Shown: in pieces, positions 10,259-16,581 of the stretch
How positions within the stretch are numbered: the first letter of the stretch is position 1
Layout of the letters: each line of letters begins with the position of its first letter
Assembly (NCBI GenBank): GCA_050873745.1
Contig: JBNMJJ010000002.1
Coordinates: 1-28,177 of the forward strand
DNA: 28,177 nt
Direction of reading: 5' to 3'
DNA from: Lachnospiraceae bacterium
GTDB lineage: Bacteria > Bacillota > Clostridia > Lachnospirales > Lachnospiraceae
Position numbers and translations under genes: made by a program
Notes under the pieces: model-generated
Database searches by the model: none
What the model was told of the DNA's origin: nothing
Seen by the model: only the letters and a program-made list of their open reading frames with translations

Positions 10259-10570
10259 AAGCCTAGGGGACAAGAACCAGCTAACATGGGGCAGGTCAAC
10301 AATCAAGCCGCAGCTAATGTAGAAATAAGCCAATGTGGAAGCAAGCCAGTTACCAAGCCCGGCAGCCAGTACGAAGGAAGGCATGATGCAAAATTTCAGC
10401 CAGCATAATGCCAAGTTCCGGTCAGCCGAAAGTAAGTTTAGCATGAGCCATGACAATAAATAAATCTAAGAAGAAATGAAGGGAAGGAATTGAAAAGCTG
10501 TTCTACATGTGTTAAACTTTGAAGGATTAGAAAAAAGAACAGGCTTTCCAGTCTGGGTTTGGAGGAAATC

Positions 10571-10624
10571 ATGGAAGCATACAAGCAGGAATTTATCGAA
10601 TTTATTTCTATGTTCCATTGTTGA
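10571..10624 (+). pseudogene. pyrE: Orphan 5' fragment of an orotate phosphoribosyltransferase-like gene
   Basis: GGAGG (10561-10565) lies 5 nt before the ATG. MEAYKQEFIEFI resembles the conserved PyrE N-terminus (E. coli MKPYQRQFIEFA, recalled from memory). Similarity stops at about 10606 and a stop codon follows after 17 codons, at the point where the composition turns AT-rich. Confidence 0.4.
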
Positions 10625-10986
10625 AGGTTAGAAATATCGATTTTCCTCGTATTTATGCGGTTTAGCCGATTTTCGGTATAAGAGAAAGTTATCGTAACTT
10701 ATCGCCATTTGGCACAGTTTGATAGAAAAATGGAACAGAAAATGGCACAGTAAACCATTAAGAAAAGCATAGTATAATTTAATATTGGGACACCTACATA
10801 AGTCCATAATCAGTTATAGCAATATGATTGATTGTGGGCTTATTTTTGTGCCTGAATTTATTAAGTGAAATTTACGCAGGTATAATAAAACGTTTGTATT
10901 AGCCACACAGAGCGTTAGGGTTCTAATTATCTGCGCTTTGAAAACGTTTTTATTGGCAAAATATTATAAAAATAGTAGGAGGAGAG

Positions 10987-11406
10987 ATGTTAGAAGCATT
11001 GACGGTAAATGATATGTCAAACCGCATATTAGAAAGAGAAGAATTTTCCAATGATATGATTAAAAAGAACTACAAGAGGGAGATGATTAGGTTGGTGTTG
11101 AATGCTTATATGGAAGAAATGAAATTGGCATTTATTGATGGGGAAAGGGTTTGTTTGCCTGGTATCGGTACACTTATTCCCGAACTACTAATTCCAGAAG
11201 GATTCTATTATAATTTACCAGCGTGTAATAAAAAGGATATTGCCCCACCATATACAAATCTTAGATTTTCACGCAATCATAATCTTAAAAACGATATGAA
11301 TAGGAAATTACGAGAAAATATTGAAAATAAAACTATGGGATTGGAATATTTACCATTCACAGATGAACAAGTAGACGCATTAAAAGAATGTGGGTATATC
11401 AAATAA
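10987..11406 (+). CDS. Divergent DNABII (HU/IHF)-fold protein
   Basis: A strong RBS, AGGAGG, ends 5 nt before the ATG. VCLPGIGTLIPE ... YNLP ... PPYTNLRFSRNHNLKNDMN follows the HU pattern (V-L-GFGtF ... NP ... P ... v-F-s-LK). Confidence 0.5.
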   Translation: MLEALTVNDMSNRILEREEFSNDMIKKNYKREMIRLVLNAYMEEMKLAFIDGERVCLPGIGTLIPELLIPEGFYYNLPACNKKDIAPPYTNLRFSRNHNLKNDMNRKLRENIENKTMGLEYLPFTDEQVDALKECGYIK

Positions 11407-11494
11407 GGGGTAAGAAAAAGTGTAAAATTATGGGTTAGTTACATAATGCTGCAATATTATATGTAGTTGAATCCGCAGAAAGGAAATAGTGAAT

Positions 11495-11932
11495 ATGGCA
11501 AAACACATTAGTAATATGGACGAATTAGCAAAGGCATTACAGCCTACAATGGTGGGTTTGGTAAATCAGATGGCAAATGAAGTATACAAAACTTTGAATG
11601 GTTTTTTAAATGATTACTACACAGGATGGACACCTTCGAGTTATCGTAGAACAAAAGATTTTCTTTATTCAGCAGTAAAAACAGAAGCAAAGATGGTAGG
11701 GAGTAAATGCGTAGCATCTGTATACATAGATTATGATTCAATGAATGATTATGTAAATGCTACGGGGTATCAGGTGGCTACCTGGGCGAATACAGGCTAT
11801 CATGGGGGATTATCAGTCAACCATAAACCCCATGTATGGGATGATACGATAGATAATACCATTAATAACGGTAGTTTGTTAAAATCAGCAGTCGAGTATT
11901 TAAAGAGCAAAGGATTTTCAGTAAGAGTATAA
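11495..11932 (+). CDS. Hypothetical protein (mobile-element associated)
   Basis: The open frame has coding-like composition. ATG 11495 is preferred over the track's GTG at 11489. I recognise no family. Confidence 0.55.
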   Translation: MAKHISNMDELAKALQPTMVGLVNQMANEVYKTLNGFLNDYYTGWTPSSYRRTKDFLYSAVKTEAKMVGSKCVASVYIDYDSMNDYVNATGYQVATWANTGYHGGLSVNHKPHVWDDTIDNTINNGSLLKSAVEYLKSKGFSVRV

Positions 11933-11949
11933 AAGAAGGAGAATTACAT

Positions 11950-12246
11950 ATGGCAATAACTAAAACTGAATTTATAAACAGGATGGCAAAAAAGAGCGGC
12001 ATTACAAATGTAGAAGCGAACAAGAGAACAGATACATTCATAGAAACGCTTATAGGCTGCCTGGAAGAAGATGGGGCAGTAAAATTTGTCGGATTTGGTA
12101 AATTTGAACTAAAGACTGTAAAAGCAAGAATGGGCAGGAATCCCCAGAATGGCAAGGAGTGTATGATACCAGAGCATAAAAAGGTAAAGTTTTATGCGAG
12201 CGAAGGTCTGTCTCAAAGAATGAAAGAATCGGAGGATAAGGATTAA
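11950..12246 (+). CDS. HU-family DNA-binding protein
   Basis: AAGGAG RBS. It has canonical HU features: MAITKTEFINRMAKK, FVGFGKFELKTVKARMGRNPQNGKECMIPEHKKVKF. Confidence 0.85.
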   Translation: MAITKTEFINRMAKKSGITNVEANKRTDTFIETLIGCLEEDGAVKFVGFGKFELKTVKARMGRNPQNGKECMIPEHKKVKFYASEGLSQRMKESEDKD

Positions 12247-12416
12247 TGAATAAAGTGTCACATTGCAGCGAATGCGAATATCTGAAAATATATAATTGTG
12301 TATACAAGAATTATTACTGTGACAATGAGGACAGGACAGATGATATGGGTAAACTTGGTGTAGACTATCTACCAAAGACAAGCCCTGAATGGTGTCCATT
12401 GAGAGAAAAGGAGTAA
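12246..12416 (+). CDS. Small Cys-rich protein (56 aa), below the ORF-track size cutoff
   Basis: A TAATG stop/start overlap joins it to the HU gene. It translates as MNKVSHCSECEYLKIYNCVYKNYYCDNEDRTDDMGKLGVDYLPKTSPEWCPLREKE, with CxxC plus three further Cys. It is followed 6 nt later by the next gene. Confidence 0.5.
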   Translation: MNKVSHCSECEYLKIYNCVYKNYYCDNEDRTDDMGKLGVDYLPKTSPEWCPLREKE

Positions 12417-12422
12417 TGACAG

Positions 12423-12707
12423 ATGCAATTTAAGGAATTAGAGTGGAAAGATATTATATCAGATGGTGTATTTGTATGCAGCACTTGTGGAATAAATTTA
12501 TGCGGATGGATTAAGATTGAATTCCGTATCAATCATGAACTGAAAGAAAATAAATATTATCTGTATTCTTTTGGTAAAGGCGGTATGAGGAGATTGGGGT
12601 CTGAGAAGTATGATTCTGTGGAATCGGCTAAGAATGCCGCATACAGGACATATAATAATGAGATGCAGAGAATAAAGAAAGCTGTTGATTTTCTGGTAAT
12701 TGATTAA
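12423..12707 (+). CDS. Hypothetical protein
   Basis: An RBS (AAAAGGAG) precedes the ATG. It is 94 aa with a CxxC pair. I recognise no family. Confidence 0.5.
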   Translation: MQFKELEWKDIISDGVFVCSTCGINLCGWIKIEFRINHELKENKYYLYSFGKGGMRRLGSEKYDSVESAKNAAYRTYNNEMQRIKKAVDFLVID

Positions 12708-13301
12708 AGGTGGTAATGTGATGAATTTAACATGAAATCGTGTTGAGTGAAATCTGAATGGAATTTTCTCTTTAGTAAAAATTATACATATTGAAATTCA
12801 AGAAATATCTTTAATTCAATAAGTGCGATTCTGTACATATTTTCAATATAAAGAAAACTGAATATTTGAAATGAAAATATTATGATGCTTCGGAAAAGTT
12901 TACCGATGCTATTTGAATATTAAGGACTGAATGAAATGTTCAGTCTTATTTACAATTCAAAAAGTCAACATTTCTAATTAGCGGTTAAAATAAAAAGAGA
13001 ATATACAAATGGATGATGTGTAATGGGAATTGTGGTCACATTAGAAAACCGTTGTTCAAATGGAGAAATGTAATTATGTGAATTCCTGCTATGGGATGTC
13101 ACAATGTAGAAAAAAAGAAATTTAAAAAGAGAAGTATTATTTTGATGATTTAGTGGAGATTGCTCAATTATTAAACGGAAGGAATAATTATATGAGAAAA
13201 AGATATTACAACTATGATTTAGAAGAATGAATAATACAAAGTAGAAAAGTAAATAGAGAAGATTTATCAAACCGTAAGTCAGATGTGGAACCTCGTTAGA
13301 G

Positions 13302-13613
13302 GTGCAAATTGGATCTCTTGTAGTAAAAAGGATTTCCTTTAGTAGTACCGAAATGTACAGTTATGCAGAGCCGGATTTATTGAAACTTATTGTTGATATG
13401 CGACAGGAAGGTTATAGCAATCGTGAGATAGCAAGAAAAGCGGTTGCTGTTATTGAAGATTATCGGGATTGGGGAATTAGGGAAGTTACGCAAATTATAG
13501 TAGCACTCACAAAGACGCACAACAGTGCATTACAAAGGCTTTACAGAGATACAGCGGAATATGGAAATATTGACAGCTATCAGAAATGGGAAGATGCAAG
13601 GGAAAATTGGTAA
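13302..13613 (+). CDS. Small HTH-like protein; start uncertain
   Basis: The segment QEGYSNREIARKAV resembles a sigma-r4/LuxR-type HTH. The track start is a GTG and the internal ATG at 13353 has no good RBS. Confidence 0.45.
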   Translation: MQIGSLVVKRISFSSTEMYSYAEPDLLKLIVDMRQEGYSNREIARKAVAVIEDYRDWGIREVTQIIVALTKTHNSALQRLYRDTAEYGNIDSYQKWEDARENW

Positions 13614-13668
13614 TCACATAAGGGGAGTTGTCGGCATGGCAATTCCCCAACATGAACGGAGGCAGTAG

Positions 13669-14217
13669 ATGGAAATTAAAAAGCGAATTAGGCCGCTTAC
13701 ACTAACAGAAAAGCAGTATGCAACGGAAAACTATCATCTAATCACTAAGTTTTTGAAACGCTCAAAATTGGACGCAGAGGAATTTTTTGACATTGTAGTT
13801 TTTGAATATCTGCTATCGGTGGAAAATTATCTAAACAATGCCGAGTTGCGGAACAGATGCAACTTTGAATCAGTTTCCTATATGCATATGAGGAGGGCAG
13901 TGTATAGGCATTTTAGGGAACAAAGAGCATTAAAAAGAAGTTGTGAAGCTGGTGTGGATGTGAGTTTTGAGGAAGTAGATGCTTGTATATCGGATTCAAT
14001 CGGCAATATGGAAAATTTACTTGAATACAGGGAAACCATAAAGCAGATTAAGAAAATTTTAACCGCAGAGCAGCAGAGGATTTTCTTTGCTAAGTTGGAA
14101 GGTTACTCACTCAAAGAGATAGCGGAAAACAACGGAATCAATCCTAAAAGGGTATATTGGCAGTTTAGAAAAATCAAAAATATTGTAGCTGATGTTATTG
14201 GAATTTCAAGGCTATAA
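13669..14217 (+). CDS. Sigma-70-family (ECF-like) RNA polymerase sigma factor
   Basis: GGAGG lies 6 nt before the ATG. The C-terminal region-4-like HTH is LTAEQQRIFFAKLEGYSLKEIAENNGINPKRVYWQFRKIK. The N-terminal segment is region-2-like. Confidence 0.7.
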   Translation: MEIKKRIRPLTLTEKQYATENYHLITKFLKRSKLDAEEFFDIVVFEYLLSVENYLNNAELRNRCNFESVSYMHMRRAVYRHFREQRALKRSCEAGVDVSFEEVDACISDSIGNMENLLEYRETIKQIKKILTAEQQRIFFAKLEGYSLKEIAENNGINPKRVYWQFRKIKNIVADVIGISRL

Positions 14218-14243
14218 GGATAACAGAAAGGACGAAAGATATT

Positions 14244-14476
14244 ATGTTTGACTTTAGAATTATAGAGACAGTAGACGAAAATCAGATTATAGATAGGAAT
14301 TTAAAAACACCATACAGCACACTTACACCTCTTCAGATGGTTGAGTATATGGAAATGGATAACAGTTTGCATATATGGATAGGTTAGAACGGAAAGCAAG
14401 GGCTGAAGCAGAACACAAACGGAAACTTGTGCGGAATACAATATATAAAATAGCTTGTTTATGTAGATTAGTTTAA
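14244..14476 (+). pseudogene. Small ICE-associated gene split by a frame shift (47-aa and 33-aa pieces)
   Basis: ORF 14244-14387 (MFDFRIIETVDENQIIDRNLKTPYSTLTPLQMVEYMEMDNSLHIWIG) overlaps ORF 14375-14476 (MDRLERKARAEAEHKRKLVRNTIYKIACLCRLV) in another frame at an ATATAT run. I recall single-ORF homologues that read through ...MDRLERKA.... Confidence 0.45.
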
Positions 14477-14497
14477 TCAAGAAAGGTGGAAACGAAT

Positions 14498-14805
14498 ATG
14501 TATAAATCAAAATTTTTCAATATAGGAAAAGTCGTTGTTACACATGAAATTAATGAAGCTATGAAGAAAATAGCCGATTTGCAGCAGAAGTCAATGTATC
14601 CTTACAGCGGTATACGGTAAAGGATTGGGGACATCTGGATGAAGAGGATAAGCAGACTAATGAAGATGCTTTACAATATCCTGATAATCTGTACTTATTA
14701 GCAACCTATGAGACTTGCAAAGGGAAAATATGGATTATTACAAACAGAATTTCGGAAATTGCCGGAGATAATGCTACAACGGTATGTTTTCCTAGTGAAA
14801 GATAA
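14498..14805 (+). pseudogene. Small conjugative-element-associated protein gene with a 1-nt frame disruption
   Basis: A start with an RBS (GAAAGGTGGA) gives a 40-aa ORF that stops at 14618-14620. The +2 frame is open from about 14556 to 14805. It encodes (S)YEENSRFAAEVNVSLQRYTVKDWGHLDEEDKQTNEDALQYPDNLYLLATYETCKGKIWIITNRISEIAGDNATTVCFPSER with no Met at all, so it cannot start independently. Confidence 0.6.
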
Positions 14806-14868
14806 ATGGAAATTGTTGCGTGGACTGTCTGGATTAAGGCGGTCCATAGGTTTAGGAAGGTGGATATT

Positions 14869-15463
14869 ATGGCGATTGTTATTACAAATGGAAATCATTA
14901 TGTTACATATACAGACAGTGGAGCAACGAAGAGAACCACGGATATAAATAATGCTTATCAGTTCTCTACTGTTGATGAAGCTATAAAGGGCATGAAGAAA
15001 GCGGAGGAAAAGACTAAAAACTATTTTGTGTTTGATACTCTTACACAGCGGATTCTATTGGAAGTGGATGACTGCGGATGAAATCAAAGAAATGCGTGAA
15101 AACAAGGTATCATTGTCAATGGTAAAGCGGAATCATAAAGGAAAGATTATCAGAAAATCATATTCAGAGGATACAAGAAAATTAATATATCTTCATGCTG
15201 GTGGACGGTGTGAGTTGTGCGGAAGGAAAATCTTACTTGAAGATATGACAATAGATTATATTACACCGTTAGCAATGGGCGGTAAGGATGATGTGGAAAA
15301 TTTATCTTGTACCTGTTACCCATGCAATTTATTCAAAGGAAACATCTTACCGTCTGACTTCATGGAAAGAATAACGGATATATTCTTATACCAGATGGAA
15401 AGACAGCATAAGGGTAGGTTTGGATGGAAAATTGTACATAATATGTTGAATAAGATGATTTGA
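14869..15463 (+). pseudogene. HNH endonuclease gene, apparently split by a 1-nt insertion near 15055-15061
   Basis: An RBS (AGGAAGGTGG) precedes ATG 14869 (MAIVITNGNHYVTY...DTLTQRIL), which then stops at 15079-15081. The other frame continues YWKWMTADEIKEM ... CELCGRKI ... DYITPLAMGG ... ENLSCTCYPCNLFKGN (HNH). Removing one T from CTATTGG restores QRILWKWMT. Two separate genes cannot be excluded. Confidence 0.55.
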
Positions 15464-15502
15464 TATAATCGGCACTGGTGGAAAATTTTCTGCTGGTGCT
15501 GA

Positions 15503-15531
15503 TTGAAAAAAGACGGAAGGAGTGTTATAAT
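15503..15531 (+). promoter_or_regulatory. Near-consensus sigma-A promoter
   Basis: TTGAAA (15503-15508), a 17-nt spacer containing TG at 15523-15524, then TATAAT (15526-15531). It lies about 35 nt upstream of the HTH gene. Confidence 0.55.
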
Positions 15532-15562
15532 ATACACAGAAATAAATGTATATTATATGTGA

Positions 15563-15889
15563 ATGGAGACTATGATGGTTAATTATAATAAATTGATGGA
15601 AAAACTTAAAGAAAAGGGTATTACTACCTATACTATAAGACAAAAAGCATTGATACCACAAGGCACACTTGCAAAGTTAAAAATGTGTAGCGGTGATTCA
15701 ATGGAAGAGATTGAAAAGAAACTGCAAGAATACAAAGATAGCCACGATGGAAAAGATTTCATGTGTGATGTATCAACAAAGACCATTGAGGACATATGCC
15801 AGTTGTTACAATGCCAGCCACAAGATTTAATTGAATGGAAAGTTGACTTAAAGCCAGAATTAGCATATGAAAACAGATTTAAGGAATAG
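15563..15889 (+). CDS. XRE/Cro-like HTH protein with an internal insertion; start may be 15572 or 15575
   Basis: NYNKLMEKLKEKGITTYTIRQKALIPQGTLAKLK ... TKTIEDICQLLQCQPQDLIEW matches the short HTH family. About 25 aa (SGDSMEEIEKKLQEYKDSHDGKDFM) are inserted between helices. Confidence 0.6.
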   Translation: METMMVNYNKLMEKLKEKGITTYTIRQKALIPQGTLAKLKMCSGDSMEEIEKKLQEYKDSHDGKDFMCDVSTKTIEDICQLLQCQPQDLIEWKVDLKPELAYENRFKE

Positions 15890-15900
15890 GAGGTATGGTT

Positions 15901-16125
15901 ATGACAGCTTTAAGACAGAGTGCAATAATGGAATTGGAAAAGTTGCCGGAAGATAAATTGAGTTTCATAATTCAGATAATGCAAGGTGTAAATGGCTTGT
16001 ATACCGATACTAATTCAGAAAGGAAAGAAGCATTTGCAAGATTGGAACAGTTACGCAGAAAGGGAACTGTTACAGATGATGACGCAGAGTTAGCTTCGTA
16101 TAAGGAAGAAAAGTATGGTAAATAA
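15901..16125 (+). CDS. Type II antitoxin (partner of the PIN toxin)
   Basis: AGGAGG (15888-15893) lies 7 nt before ATG 15901. The track start at 15895 is too close to the RBS. The protein is small and acidic, and it overlaps the PIN gene by 11 nt. Confidence 0.6.
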   Translation: MTALRQSAIMELEKLPEDKLSFIIQIMQGVNGLYTDTNSERKEAFARLEQLRRKGTVTDDDAELASYKEEKYGK

Positions 16126-16528
16126 GATTCTGATTGATACTAATGTATTATTGGATTATCTTCTTGAACGTGAGCCATTTTTTGAGGATGCAAAGGAAGT
16201 TATTTTGTCCTGTACAGATGGAAAAATAAAAGGATGTATAGCAGCACATTCAATTTCTAATATGTTCTTTATATTAAGGAAGGACTACAACGTAAAGGAG
16301 CGCAGAGAAGTATTATTGAATTTGTGCAAAATCTTTGATGTAGAAGGAATAGACAAAGCAAAACTAATATTAGCACTTACCAATGAGGATTTTTCAGATT
16401 TTGAGGATTGCTTACAGACGGAATGTGCAAAGGTATACGGAGCAGATTACATTGTTACGAGAGATGTTTCTGATTACTCCACATCGGAAATAAAGGCAAT
16501 TGAGCCGAAGGATTATTTAGAACTGTAA
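16115..16528 (+). CDS. PIN-domain ribonuclease toxin (VapC-like)
   Basis: ILIDTNVLLDYL carries the first acidic residue. Further acidic residues lie in FFEDAKE, DFEDC and IVTRDVSD. The length is 137 aa. Confidence 0.8.
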   Translation: MVNKILIDTNVLLDYLLEREPFFEDAKEVILSCTDGKIKGCIAAHSISNMFFILRKDYNVKERREVLLNLCKIFDVEGIDKAKLILALTNEDFSDFEDCLQTECAKVYGADYIVTRDVSDYSTSEIKAIEPKDYLEL

Positions 16529-16537
16529 AGCGTGAGA

Positions 16538-16580
16538 AGCACCAGCGGAAGAAATAAGATTTCTTCTGAAGGTGCTTTTT
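16538..16580 (+). terminator. Rho-independent terminator of the HTH-antitoxin-PIN operon
   Basis: AGCACC..GAAGAAAT-aag-ATTTCTTC..GGTGCT is followed by T5 (16576-16580). Confidence 0.65.
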
Positions 16581-16581
16581 C

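Noticed and set aside
8651-10456. Track ORFs 8651..8869+ and 10187..10456-, and the idea that the G/T-skewed tract 8651-8800 and the AAGCC-rich tract 10258-10456 are terminal inverted repeats of a transposon carrying the nuclease gene.
   Set aside because: The ORFs have no RBS and give odd Cys/Trp/Gly-rich translations. The two tracts share words such as CGGGCTTGGT and ATGCTGGC in inverted orientation, but the shared words are not collinear when aligned by hand. This looks like compositional similarity rather than true IRs.
10710-10726. TGGCAC word as a possible sigma-54 -24 element.
   Set aside because: The required TTGC(A/T) at the -12 position is absent; the sequence continues agtttGATAG. 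The word is better explained as part of the 12-mer repeat.
12974-13270. 98-aa minus-strand ORF in the AT-rich gap.
   Set aside because: The translation is extremely low-complexity (Phe/Leu/Ile/Asn/Tyr-rich), there is no RBS, and it lies antisense to the operon direction. It is an expected chance ORF in AT-rich DNA read on the stop-poor strand.
14708-14947. 79-aa plus-strand ORF (MRLAKGKYGLLQ...), and the long 14806 start of the next ORF.
   Set aside because: It overlaps the recognisable downstream frame of the disrupted 14498-14805 gene and the RBS-linked start at 14869. It has no RBS of its own.
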